Part shown: piece after piece, positions 19,936 to 29,750 of the stretch
Layout: the number at the start of each line of letters is the position of its first letter
Numbering within the stretch: the stretch's first letter is position 1
NCBI GenBank assembly: GCA_965205405.1
Contig: OZ242169.1
Span: 333,826-397,825 of the forward strand
Direction of reading: 5' to 3'
DNA: 64,000 nucleotides
Source: Gammaproteobacteria bacterium
GTDB taxonomy: Bacteria; Pseudomonadota; Gammaproteobacteria; Eutrophobiales; Eutrophobiaceae
Position numbers and translations under genes: made by a program
Notes under the pieces: model-generated
The model's database searches: none
What the model saw: the letters and a program-made list of their open reading frames with translations, nothing else
Told to the model about the DNA's origin: nothing

Positions 19936-22032
19936 TCACCTGCTCTCACTCCACTCCTGGAAAGTGCGGCCTGCGCCGGCCAGTTGTTCCAGTAATGGAG
20001 AAGGGGTCCACCATAAATCGCCGTAGCGCTCGCGATATTTAACGATGGCAGCGTAAACTTTATCGAGACCAACGGTGTCGGCATATTTCATTGGGCCACC
20101 GCGATAGCGGGGCATGCCGTAGCCGTTCACGAAGATGACATCGATATCGCCCGGCCGTATGGCAATCCCTTCTTCCAGCACCCGCGCCCCTTCGTTGACC
20201 ATGGAGAAGAGCATGCGTTCAATGATTTCCTCATCACTGACCTCGATCTGTTCCACCCCCAGCGCCTGCGCTTCCCGTGCGGCGATTTCCATGATCTCGG
20301 GATCAGGCAGCGCTTTTCTGCCCTCGTAGCGGTAGGTGCCGGCGCCGGTTTTCTGGCCGTAGCGCCCCATCTCACAGAGCACCCTGCACATGCGATAATA
20401 TACCGGGTCGTCCGGCCGGTCCTTCCACTCGGTATTCAGCTTGTTGAATACGTCAAGGCCGGACAAGTCCATAACCGCATGCGGGCCCATAGCCATGCCC
20501 CAGTCAAACGCAACCTGGTCCACCCGCTGCGGCGGGATGCCTTCCAGCATCATCAGTTGCGCCTCCCTGACGTAAGGGAAAAACATGCGATTGCCGACGA
20601 AACCGAAACAGACGCCCACCAGGACGCCCACTTTTCGTATCTTTTTTGCGCTGGCCATTGCCGTTGCGATGACATCCCCGGCGGTCTTCCCGCCGCGGAC
20701 TATTTCCAGCAGTTTCATGACGTTGGCAGGAGCGAAGAAGTGCAGGCCGATGACGTCCTCCGGCCGGCTTGTCACGGCGGCTATTTCGTTCAAGTCCAGA
20801 CTGGAGGTGTTGCTCGCCAGGATTGCGCCTTGTTTACAGACTTGATCCAGCTTTGTGAATACATCTTTTTTGACCTCCATGGTTTCGAAAACGGCTTCAA
20901 TGACCAGGTCGGCAGCGGCAATATCCGCATAATCAGTAGTTGGGGTAATCATCCCCATGGCCTGTTCCAGTTGCGCTTCCGTCATGCGGCCCTTGTCAAC
21001 GGCGAGCGAGTAATTTTTCCGGATAATCCCCAAACCGCGCTCCAGGCCTGCCTGGTCTGCCTCCAATATCGTGACCGGCATGGCTGCGTTAACAAAATTC
21101 ATCGCTATACCGCCACCCATGGTGCCGGCGCCGATGACGGCTACGTTTTTTATTTCCCGGACGGGCGTATTTTTGGGAACGTCGGGGATCTTGTTCACTT
21201 CCCTTTCCGCAAAAAACAAGTGCCGTTGCCCCTGGGAATGGGTGGACGCCTTGCATTCACCAAACAGTTGACGCTCTGTTTTCAGCGCATCCCGGTAGGA
21301 TTCATTCAGCGCGGCCTGTACACATTTCACTATCTGCGCCGGCGCGAAGAAACCCCGTGCCGTCCTGGCCAGTTTTTGCAGGTACCCGGCAAAAAACTCA
21401 TCATCGATGCCATCAGCAGCAACCTCCAATTGGCTGACCCGTTTGATCGGCGCGCCACTATCCAGCAACTCTCCGGTGTAGGTAATGGCGCCGGCGCGCA
21501 AATCACCCTCAACCAGTTTTTCAATAATGCCCGCTTCCAGACCTTCTGCGGCGGGGATGGGTCGGCCTGAGATCATCATATCCAGGGCTTTCCTTGCCCC
21601 GGCCAGGCGCGGCAGACGTTGCGTACCTGTGGCGCCGGGCAACAGACCCAGGTTGACTTCCGGCAGACCAATCCGTGCCGATGGAAGCGCACACCGATAG
21701 TGACAACCCATGGCAGTTTCCAACCCGCCTCCCAGGGCGGTGCCATGAATGGCAGCTACGATCAGTTTTTCCGATGCCTCGAATTTCTCAACCAAGTCGG
21801 GCAACCAGGGGTCCTCAATGGGTTTGTCAAACTCAGTAATATCGGCGCCGGCAATAAAAGTCCTGCCTGTGCATATCAGCACTGCGGCCCTGGCTGAAGC
21901 ATCGGCGGCCAGTCTCTCCAAAGCGTCCCAGCAGCTTTTTCTCACTGCCGTGGACATGGCGTTGACAGGTGGGTTATCTATGGTGATGACGGCAATGCCG
22001 TCCACGACTTCGTAGCTTGTTTTATCAGGCAT
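19936..22032 (-). CDS. Fatty-acid oxidation multifunctional α subunit (enoyl-CoA hydratase / 3-hydroxyacyl-CoA dehydrogenase, FadB/FadJ-like)
   Basis: A 698-aa ORF with an N-terminal crotonase fold and a C-terminal NAD-binding 3-HCDH domain. Confidence 0.85.
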   Translation of the reverse strand: MPDKTSYEVVDGIAVITIDNPPVNAMSTAVRKSCWDALERLAADASARAAVLICTGRTFIAGADITEFDKPIEDPWLPDLVEKFEASEKLIVAAIHGTALGGGLETAMGCHYRCALPSARIGLPEVNLGLLPGATGTQRLPRLAGARKALDMMISGRPIPAAEGLEAGIIEKLVEGDLRAGAITYTGELLDSGAPIKRVSQLEVAADGIDDEFFAGYLQKLARTARGFFAPAQIVKCVQAALNESYRDALKTERQLFGECKASTHSQGQRHLFFAEREVNKIPDVPKNTPVREIKNVAVIGAGTMGGGIAMNFVNAAMPVTILEADQAGLERGLGIIRKNYSLAVDKGRMTEAQLEQAMGMITPTTDYADIAAADLVIEAVFETMEVKKDVFTKLDQVCKQGAILASNTSSLDLNEIAAVTSRPEDVIGLHFFAPANVMKLLEIVRGGKTAGDVIATAMASAKKIRKVGVLVGVCFGFVGNRMFFPYVREAQLMMLEGIPPQRVDQVAFDWGMAMGPHAVMDLSGLDVFNKLNTEWKDRPDDPVYYRMCRVLCEMGRYGQKTGAGTYRYEGRKALPDPEIMEIAAREAQALGVEQIEVSDEEIIERMLFSMVNEGARVLEEGIAIRPGDIDVIFVNGYGMPRYRGGPMKYADTVGLDKVYAAIVKYRERYGDLWWTPSPLLEQLAGAGRTFQEWSESR

Positions 22033-22082
22033 GGGTTTATTAATTATTAGTTACCGTAAATCGGACCATTATAACAGGAGGG

Positions 22083-22200
22083 ATATTTGGGGTCAGAGTA
22101 AAAATACTCAACAATAAATCAGCACCGCCAGCTTCGTTGACTGTATTTTTACTCTGACCCCAAATATCTTACTCTGACCCCAAATATCACCCCAAATATC
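22083..22200. mobile_element. MITE-like element, copy 8 (subfamily A), plus two tandem solo right-TIR fragments
   Basis: The full element spans 22083-22166, followed by TTACTCTGACCCCAAATATC and ACCCCAAATATC repeats. Confidence 0.85.
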
Positions 22201-22214
22201 CTAATATTCGGCAA

Positions 22215-22685
22215 CTATTTGGTCGGGATGGGCAGTTCCGTTCTTTTCGTCGCTGCGCGCAGGGCGAAACTGGACCTGACCCTGGCAACGCCGGGTAGCG
22301 AAGTCAATTGTTCGTGGTGTATCCGTTCATAATCACCGGCATCGGCCACGACGACTCGCAACAGGTAGTCATAATCCCCGGACATAAGATAACACTCCAT
22401 GACTTCAGGTACACTGGCTACGCCGGCTTCAAAGGCATCCTGATCTTCCCGGCGCTGACGGTTTAAAGTGATTTCGACGAAGACGTTGCCTGACAATCCT
22501 ACTGCGGCCTGGTTGATCAACATGGCATAACCGTCGATTATGCCGGCATCCTCCAGCATTTTGACCCGGCGCAAACAGGCCGACTCGGATAAATTGACCC
22601 GTTCCGCCAGCTTTACATTACTGATACGGCCGTCCAGTTGTAGTTCGTGCAGAATGGAGCGATCCGTTCTATCCAGAGATAACAT
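22215..22685 (-). CDS. Lrp/AsnC family transcriptional regulator
   Basis: A 156-aa ORF with an HTH followed by a RAM domain. It is divergent from ald. Confidence 0.85.
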   Translation of the reverse strand: MLSLDRTDRSILHELQLDGRISNVKLAERVNLSESACLRRVKMLEDAGIIDGYAMLINQAAVGLSGNVFVEITLNRQRREDQDAFEAGVASVPEVMECYLMSGDYDYLLRVVVADAGDYERIHHEQLTSLPGVARVRSSFALRAATKRTELPIPTK

Positions 22686-22830
22686 TGAAATATAATCTCA
22701 TATTTATAGAGGATATTAGAAGATAATTCGTTTTACGCGCTATATTATCTAATATTTTGCAAAGAAATTCAGTTCTTTTTTCACTAAAATTAAGGCATTT
22801 CCAGCACAACCTTTAGCGGGTAAAAATATC
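22686..22830. promoter_or_regulatory. AT-rich divergent promoter region between lrp and ald
   Basis: A 145-bp AT-rich spacer between divergent genes. Lrp-family control of ald is an established arrangement. Confidence 0.3.
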
Positions 22831-23949
22831 ATGCAGATCGGAGTGCCAAAAGAGACCAAAAACCATGAATATCGCGCGGGCTTGACGCCGGCCAGTGTCC
22901 GTGAACTGGTGCGGGCGGGTCACCGGGTGATGGTTCAAAGTAATGCCGGCATCGGTATCGGGATGACAGACGTTGATTACACCAGCGCGGGCGCTACAGT
23001 TGTAGCGACCGCAGCTGAAGTCTTTGCCGAAGCTGCTCTGGTCATAAAGGTAAAAGAGCCGCAACCCGATGAGTGCCGGCTGCTGCGCCCCGGCCAGGTC
23101 TTATTTACCTACCTGCACCTTGCGCCTGATCCGCAACAGACACAATTACTTGTTAACTCCGGCGCGATCGCTATTGCCTATGAAACGGTCACCGCGACAG
23201 ATCAGTCCCTGCCTTTGCTCGCGCCAATGAGTGAAGTGGCAGGACGTTTGTCCGTACAGGCAGGGGCACATTGCCTGGAAAAAGCACAAGGTGGTTCCGG
23301 CGTGTTACTGGGTGGCGTTCCCGGAGTGGCTCCGGCTAAAGTATTGGTCATCGGTGGTGGTGTGGTGGGCGATAATGCCGCGGCCATGGCCCTGGGGATG
23401 GGTGCTGACGTGACGTTGCTGGATTGCTCATTGCCGCGTTTGCGACAGGTTGACGCTGAATACGGCGGACGCGTCAAATGTGTTTATTCAAACCGGGATA
23501 CCATAGAGGAATACGCGTTACAATCGGACCTCATCATCGGCGCTGTGCTCAAACCCGGCGCTACGGCGCCCAAATTATTAAGCAAAGAAATGGTTACCCG
23601 GATGAAGCCAGGTTCGGTCCTGGTTGACGTAGCTATTGATCAGGGCGGCTGTTTCGAGACCTCCCGGCCAACCACTCACCAGACGCCCACCTATATCGTC
23701 GATGATGTTGTGCATTATTGTGTGGCGAATATGCCCGGAGCAGTCCCGCGTACTTCCACGTTTGCCCTCAATAACGCCACGCTTCCCTATATCGTGGCGC
23801 TGGCCAATAAGGGAGTCAAGCAGGCATTGATGGATGACCCCGGTTTAGGTAACGGCTTAAACGTGTACCAGGGTCGCGTTACCTGCAAAGCCGTGGCCAA
23901 CGACCTTCATTACGATTACCTGCCGGCAGTGGAAGCGCTGGCAGCCTGA
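22831..23949 (+). CDS. ald: Alanine dehydrogenase
   Basis: A 372-aa ORF with an AlaDH/PNT N-terminal domain and a GGGVVG NAD motif. Confidence 0.9.
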   Translation: MQIGVPKETKNHEYRAGLTPASVRELVRAGHRVMVQSNAGIGIGMTDVDYTSAGATVVATAAEVFAEAALVIKVKEPQPDECRLLRPGQVLFTYLHLAPDPQQTQLLVNSGAIAIAYETVTATDQSLPLLAPMSEVAGRLSVQAGAHCLEKAQGGSGVLLGGVPGVAPAKVLVIGGGVVGDNAAAMALGMGADVTLLDCSLPRLRQVDAEYGGRVKCVYSNRDTIEEYALQSDLIIGAVLKPGATAPKLLSKEMVTRMKPGSVLVDVAIDQGGCFETSRPTTHQTPTYIVDDVVHYCVANMPGAVPRTSTFALNNATLPYIVALANKGVKQALMDDPGLGNGLNVYQGRVTCKAVANDLHYDYLPAVEALAA

Positions 23950-24014
23950 ACAATCATTTTGTTTCAGGGAACTTGTAACGATAAAATCAATCAAACGAAG
24001 TAGTGGGAAACGAA

Positions 24015-24136
24015 GGGCATTCCGATCCTCCTCCTCGGTAGTCGTGTATAACATGTTCGGAATGCCCTTTAATCTTGGTAGCCCCCCATTTCTCCTGCTA
24101 TGACCCCCCAACTGAAGGAGATGAGGAGGGGCTACC
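24015..24136. terminator. Two consecutive GC-rich hairpins between convergent ald and phaB
   Basis: GGGCATTCCGA...TCGGAATGCCC (11-bp stem) and GGTAGCCCC...GGGGCTACC (9-bp stem). Confidence 0.5.
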
Positions 24137-24175
24137 ACCTTATAATGGCAGACCTTTTGTCTTCCCAGGCCCGGC

Positions 24176-24898
24176 TCAGTACATATGTTGTCCGCCATTT
24201 ATACTGAGGGTTGACCCGGTTATAAACCCTGCCTCATCGCCGATCAAAAACAACACTCCACGAGCAATTTCTTCGGCTTTTCCCAAACGGCGGACAGGGA
24301 TCCTGGCAATGATTTTTTCCAGTACGTTTTCCGGTACGGCCCGAACCATATCGGTATCAATGTATCCCGGCGCGATGGCGTTGACCGTTATACCTTTAGC
24401 CGCTCCTTCCTGGGCCAGCGCCTTGGTAAAACCATGTATCCCCGATTTTGCGGCCGCGTAATTCACCTGGCCGTATTGTCCGGCCTGGCCATTAATTGAA
24501 CCGATATTTACGATACGACCAAAACCGCGCTGGCGCATTCCGTCGATCACGCAACGAGACATATTGAAACAGGAACCCAGGTTGGTCTGGATTACTTTGT
24601 CCCACTGCTCGAAATCCATCTTGTGCATGGTGCCGTCCCGGGTAACGCCGGCATTATTGACCAACACATCTATCGGACCGAGATCCTCTTCAATCCGGGT
24701 AACGGCATCCCGGCATGCGCCAAAATCACCCACGTCGAATTTGTAAACACCAATGTGTGTTACTTCCTTGAATTTAGCGGCGGCATCATCGTTGCCCACG
24801 TAATTCGCCGCAACCTTATAGCCCGCCTCCTTCAAAGCAATTGAAATGGCCCCGCCGATACCTCGGGTGCCGCCTGTTACTATTGCTACTCTTCCCAT
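24176..24898 (-). CDS. phaB: Acetoacetyl-CoA reductase (SDR, PhaB-like)
   Basis: The start is trimmed to MGRVAIVTGGTRGIG, and the YxxxK SDR motifs are present. Confidence 0.8.
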   Translation of the reverse strand: MGRVAIVTGGTRGIGGAISIALKEAGYKVAANYVGNDDAAAKFKEVTHIGVYKFDVGDFGACRDAVTRIEEDLGPIDVLVNNAGVTRDGTMHKMDFEQWDKVIQTNLGSCFNMSRCVIDGMRQRGFGRIVNIGSINGQAGQYGQVNYAAAKSGIHGFTKALAQEGAAKGITVNAIAPGYIDTDMVRAVPENVLEKIIARIPVRRLGKAEEIARGVLFLIGDEAGFITGSTLSINGGQHMY

Positions 24899-25232
24899 AT
24901 TATTAACCTCTAAAATATTATTGGTAACGCCTGCAAAAACCGCAGACAACAAAAGAAATTCATGATTTAAATTGATAGATGAAGCTCTAGTTGTTCCGAA
25001 AACATATCAACGATAATCCATTTATGCTATTTCGGGAAACAACGAAAAAGCGTGGTGGAACTGGTGACAGTGCTGCCCGTATATGTATATCATATTTTTG
25101 GCGAAGTAATCCAGTATCTGATAGGGTAAGGATACAAGTCAGCGTGTTGAAAAGAGCCGAATGTGACTCCAACCGGGAATGTCAAATACACCAGTCGAGT
25201 TGTTTTATGCGTTGGCGGCAACAATCTGAAAT

Positions 25233-27968
25233 ATGATGGGTTCGAATAATTTAATCATCAAAACCAAACTGTTCCCACCGGCAAACAGGACTGGAGTAAT
25301 AAAACGCGCCAGCCTGAGCAAACTACTGGACACGATCGGTACGAAAAAACTGGCTTTGGTGCATGCGCCTGCCGGCTATGGCAAGACGACTCTGTTGTAT
25401 CAGTGGCATAAGTCTATGTTAGACAACGCTCAAACGACTTGCTGGTTGTCTCTGGATGAGTTGGATGATGATCCGGCAACTTTCGTCAGATATATCCTAT
25501 GCGCGTATCAGGAGGTAGTCGATGACTTTTGGGTGGATGCCGCGAATTGGATGGAAGGTCGATTACAACCTGATATCACTATTGTACTCAATCATATAAT
25601 TAATGAATTGATCAGAATTGATATGCCTATAACATTATTTATAGATGATTATCACCACATCAATTCAGTCGACATCCATCAGTTTATTGAGCGACTCGTT
25701 GACTGGTCTCCGGAGAAATTTTTATTAGTCATCGGCAGCCGTATCGTGCCATCACTGTCTCTGAGTAAATGGCGTGTAAGCGAGAAAATGACTGAGGTGG
25801 ATGTCAGCATGCTTCGATTTAGCAGAGTAGAGGCGAATGCGTTTCTGGAACGCAAGCATAAACTTCAGCTTACTGCAGAGCAGATCGCTGTTATCACTGA
25901 AAAAAGCGAAGGCTGGGCTGCCGGTCTCCAGCTAGTGGCTCTGGTGCTGAAAAACTACGATCAACGTGATGAGTTTATTGCTTCCTTTTCAGGCAATCTT
26001 TATGAGATTGCGGATTATTTAACGAATAATGTATTAATACAACAATCTCAATCCCTGACTGATTTTTTGCTTAGGACTTCTATTCTGTCACGATTTAATG
26101 CGGACATATGCAATTTATTAACTGGGCGAAATGATTCACAAAGTGTCCTGGAACAACTGGAAAATGATGGTTTATTTACATTGCCCCTGGATACACACGG
26201 GCATTGGTACCGGTACCATCATTTATTTCATGATTTCCTCACTGGCAGGCTTCGACGTCTATATCCGCATGAAGTTTTGAATTTATATCATAAAGCGGCA
26301 GGTTGGTTTCGCGCCCAAGGACTCATTAAGGAAGCTGTTGATTACGCACTACTGTCAAACGATTTGGAGATGATAGAGGATATTCATCGGGACGCGATAG
26401 CGATCATGTCATTGATGGGAACCACAGCACAGGTATATACCTGGCTTAGCAATATCCCTGATACTGTCAAAGAAAGATTTCCGCGGCTTCTTATATTGGA
26501 GGGTTTTGCCTTATGCCTGATGAACAGGATCCAGAATGCAGAAATTGTTAATACGCGTATTAACAACGCGCTTACCGAATTAGCTAACGATCCAATTAAT
26601 GTTGCCCCTGAAGAATTACGCTCTCTTAAAGCAGAGGCAACCGTCGTGCCGGCATCCATAGCAGCCATGAAGGATGATAATACGCAGCTATTAGCACTAA
26701 CCGAACAGTTGGATGATAAACCCGTGGATAATCTCATGATAGCAACATTGAATGATCTCAGGGGATATGCACAACTCAGGCATGGTCGCTTTGAGGAAAG
26801 TAAAAAGTTGCTTGATCAAGCGTGGCAGTATTTTTCCATAAATAAACAGTGCTATGGTATGGCCGTTGTGGATGGCTTTGCAGGGATAGTAGATATTCAG
26901 CAGTTAAAGTTTCAAGACGCTTATCGGGTTTTTGAGCGCTCGGAAGAAGCTGCAAAAGATGTTGATGGCGGCAACATCTTTGCACGCGCCCTGGCAAGCA
27001 CGATGCGTGCAACAGTATGTTATGAATGGAATAGAGTCGATGAGGCGCAGAAATTATTAAATTCTAATCTGCTGCTTATCGAAGAAATTGGTCCGCCAAT
27101 TTTTTCTTGTTACGGCTACGTCACACTTTCTCGTTGCTATAGTGCCATAGGCGATTGGGATGCTGCCTATAATGCATTGAACCGATGTCTATTTCGTTCA
27201 AAGCAGTGCATTAGCAACTTGTTTCCTGTCTGGGTTGAAAGAGAGCGATTACTGATTGCCAGGAAAATTCTCGACACCGGAGCTGGATATTCCGATTTTA
27301 CCGGCCACTATTCCTTGGCGTCCGATACAATTCCTGATCTATGGGATATTGGCGATTATTTTGAGCGCGCCAACCAGGTTCGCCTGAGTATTTTAGAGAA
27401 CAAACTCGATAATGCTCAGGGACGGGTTATAAGTTTACGTAAATATGCAGAGCAGCACATGGCTTTTCAGGCTGCTCTTGATAGCCTGCTTCTGGAAGCG
27501 CAGATCCTTAAAAAGCAAGAAGATCATGCACAGGCAGTGAACCTCATACAACAGGCTGTGAAGTTGGCAGAACCGGCCGGATTATTACGTACCTTTATCG
27601 ACGAAGGAGAGATAATCAGAGAATTGTTAGAAGGCTGTTTAAAAAACAAGTCTATTACAATCCAGGTCGCCTCTTACATTGAAGAAATACTGCATGCCTA
27701 TTCCTCTGTAGGAGTTTCTTGTACGGCAACTCACTTCTCGACTAGCCATGTGGATAACCACCCGGTCAGCGTTGAGGCACTGAGTAAACGTGAACTTGAC
27801 GTGTTGCAATTACTATCTGCCGGAAAAACAAATACTGAAATTGCAGAGCAATTATTTATAGCCAAGGCAACCGTGAAATTTCATGTCAGTAATATATTCA
27901 GCAAACTGCATGTCACCAATCGCACCCTTGCCGTGGCTACGGCAAGAAACAGTGGCTTGATAAGTTGA
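25233..27968 (+). CDS. MalT-like STAND ATPase / LuxR-family transcriptional activator
   Basis: A 911-aa ORF with an N-terminal Walker A motif (APAGYGKTT), a helical/TPR middle and a C-terminal LuxR HTH. The coding sequence is visibly AT-rich. Confidence 0.8.
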   Translation: MMGSNNLIIKTKLFPPANRTGVIKRASLSKLLDTIGTKKLALVHAPAGYGKTTLLYQWHKSMLDNAQTTCWLSLDELDDDPATFVRYILCAYQEVVDDFWVDAANWMEGRLQPDITIVLNHIINELIRIDMPITLFIDDYHHINSVDIHQFIERLVDWSPEKFLLVIGSRIVPSLSLSKWRVSEKMTEVDVSMLRFSRVEANAFLERKHKLQLTAEQIAVITEKSEGWAAGLQLVALVLKNYDQRDEFIASFSGNLYEIADYLTNNVLIQQSQSLTDFLLRTSILSRFNADICNLLTGRNDSQSVLEQLENDGLFTLPLDTHGHWYRYHHLFHDFLTGRLRRLYPHEVLNLYHKAAGWFRAQGLIKEAVDYALLSNDLEMIEDIHRDAIAIMSLMGTTAQVYTWLSNIPDTVKERFPRLLILEGFALCLMNRIQNAEIVNTRINNALTELANDPINVAPEELRSLKAEATVVPASIAAMKDDNTQLLALTEQLDDKPVDNLMIATLNDLRGYAQLRHGRFEESKKLLDQAWQYFSINKQCYGMAVVDGFAGIVDIQQLKFQDAYRVFERSEEAAKDVDGGNIFARALASTMRATVCYEWNRVDEAQKLLNSNLLLIEEIGPPIFSCYGYVTLSRCYSAIGDWDAAYNALNRCLFRSKQCISNLFPVWVERERLLIARKILDTGAGYSDFTGHYSLASDTIPDLWDIGDYFERANQVRLSILENKLDNAQGRVISLRKYAEQHMAFQAALDSLLLEAQILKKQEDHAQAVNLIQQAVKLAEPAGLLRTFIDEGEIIRELLEGCLKNKSITIQVASYIEEILHAYSSVGVSCTATHFSTSHVDNHPVSVEALSKRELDVLQLLSAGKTNTEIAEQLFIAKATVKFHVSNIFSKLHVTNRTLAVATARNSGLIS

Positions 27969-28117
27969 AACAGAATCTACACCATCAAAACTATACTTTA
28001 GGTCAGGCAAAAATCTGCATTCCAATATAAAACCGGTCTAATGGTGAGTTGAGTTCTTCACTAACATCATTAGTATTTTTATTATTGAATCTATCGATCA
28101 CTTTTTTATTATGAGCA

Positions 28118-29572
28118 ATGAGTCATCTCGCTTTTCTGAGTGCAACTGAGTTAGCCGGTAAAATCCTGGATAAGGAGATCAGTTCTCTGGAATTGACTGA
28201 TCACTTTATCAACCGCATCGAGAAATTGGACGATGGCATCAATGCCGTTGTGGTCAAGGATTTTGACAGGGCGCTGGCAGCAGCCACAAAGGCAGATAGA
28301 CAGCTTGCTATGGGTGAAATAACAGGGCCGTTACATGGCGTTCCCGTTACTGTCAAGGAGGCTTTTAACGTAGCCGGATTAACAACTACCTGGGGGATCC
28401 CATTTTTAAAAGACAATATTGCCGCTACCGATGCTGAGGTCGTCAAGCGGTTTAAGCAAGCCGGGGCTGTGTTCATGGGTAAGACTAATGTTCCGTGCGG
28501 GTTAGGTGATATTCAAACTTATAACGATATATATGGGGTGACGAATAATCCCTGGGACATTTCATGTTCACCCGGAGGCTCTTCCGGAGGTTCTGCGGCC
28601 GCACTGGCTGCGGGACTTTGTGCTCTGGAGGTTGGTTCCGACATGGCTGGTTCCATCCGTGTGCCTGCGCATTTTTGTGGTCTTTATAGTCACAAAGCGA
28701 CCTGGGGAGTTGTTCCAAATCAGGGCCACGCTCTGCCTGGCGTCATTGCTTCACCGGATCTTGGTGTAGTTGGGCCAATGGCGCGTAGTATAAAGGATCT
28801 AAAACTTGCCATGGATTTGCTTGTTAACGCTCAGCCATTGAATCAGTCGGGGTGGCAACCCGGACTGCCACGTCCAACAAAACACTCACTCAAGGATTAC
28901 AGGGTTGCTATCTGGTCAGATTATAAAACTGCGCCGGTAGATGAGGAGACCATCGCCCGAATTGTGAGTATAGGCGAGATACTCACAAAACTCGGCGTAT
29001 GTGTATCCGATCAGGTATTGCCAGACATTGATTTCAAAAAACATCAGGAAATATTTCTAAACCTGATGTGGTCGCTTACGACTGATGGCGTCACAGACGA
29101 TCAGTATCTTGAGGCCTGTCAGCTTGCTGAATCCATTCCATCCGATGATTTATCTGACTCAGCTATAGCAGCGCGTGCCCGTGTACTCAGTCACCGGGAT
29201 TGGCTTTTTTATAATAATCAACGTGAATTTCTGCGTTATGCATGGCGGGAATTCTTTGGTGAATGGGACATATTGATCTGTCCGGTATTTGCTGTACCTG
29301 CCTTTACACATGACCATAGCCCGATTGAGCAACGCATGCTGACAGTTAATGGTGTTCCTCAAGAATACTTTCAGTCAATGTTTTGGGCAGGAGTGAGCAC
29401 GGTGTCATATCTGCCAAGCACTGTGTTTCCAACCGGGTTATCGCGAAACGGTCTGCCAATCGGTCTCCAGGCTATCAGTGCAGAATACAACGACTACATT
29501 ACGATGGATTTTGTGAACTTGCTGACAAAACAGACAGGTGGTTTTCAGATACCCCCCGGATACGAAACGTGA
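28118..29572 (+). CDS. Amidase signature family enzyme (second paralogue)
   Basis: A 484-aa ORF with GGSSGGSAAALAAG. Confidence 0.85.
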   Translation: MSHLAFLSATELAGKILDKEISSLELTDHFINRIEKLDDGINAVVVKDFDRALAAATKADRQLAMGEITGPLHGVPVTVKEAFNVAGLTTTWGIPFLKDNIAATDAEVVKRFKQAGAVFMGKTNVPCGLGDIQTYNDIYGVTNNPWDISCSPGGSSGGSAAALAAGLCALEVGSDMAGSIRVPAHFCGLYSHKATWGVVPNQGHALPGVIASPDLGVVGPMARSIKDLKLAMDLLVNAQPLNQSGWQPGLPRPTKHSLKDYRVAIWSDYKTAPVDEETIARIVSIGEILTKLGVCVSDQVLPDIDFKKHQEIFLNLMWSLTTDGVTDDQYLEACQLAESIPSDDLSDSAIAARARVLSHRDWLFYNNQREFLRYAWREFFGEWDILICPVFAVPAFTHDHSPIEQRMLTVNGVPQEYFQSMFWAGVSTVSYLPSTVFPTGLSRNGLPIGLQAISAEYNDYITMDFVNLLTKQTGGFQIPPGYET

Positions 29573-29750
29573 TTACCGTTCCTGGGCGAAGCTTTATGAC
29601 AAACCTATACCTACGGCTAGGTAGAAACAATGTTGGTGAAAGAAACTCGCCTTATGGTTGGTTTTTCGATAGGAATTTATTGCTAGTATCTTACTCGTAT
29701 AATTAATTGCCGGAGCTTGGTTTCCGGCGCCCATCAACGGGGGACTATCC

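Noticed and set aside
25233-27968. The STAND NTPase considered as an antiviral Avs-like defence protein
   Set aside because: The C-terminal LuxR HTH and the MalT-like architecture indicate a transcriptional activator rather than an effector-bearing Avs.
29580-29750. A possible riboswitch or Fur box upstream of the TonB-dependent receptor
   Set aside because: I could find no convincing match to cobalamin or TPP riboswitch cores. Only a weak AT-rich Fur-like segment (AATTTATTGCTAGTATC) is present, which is not supportable from the sequence alone.
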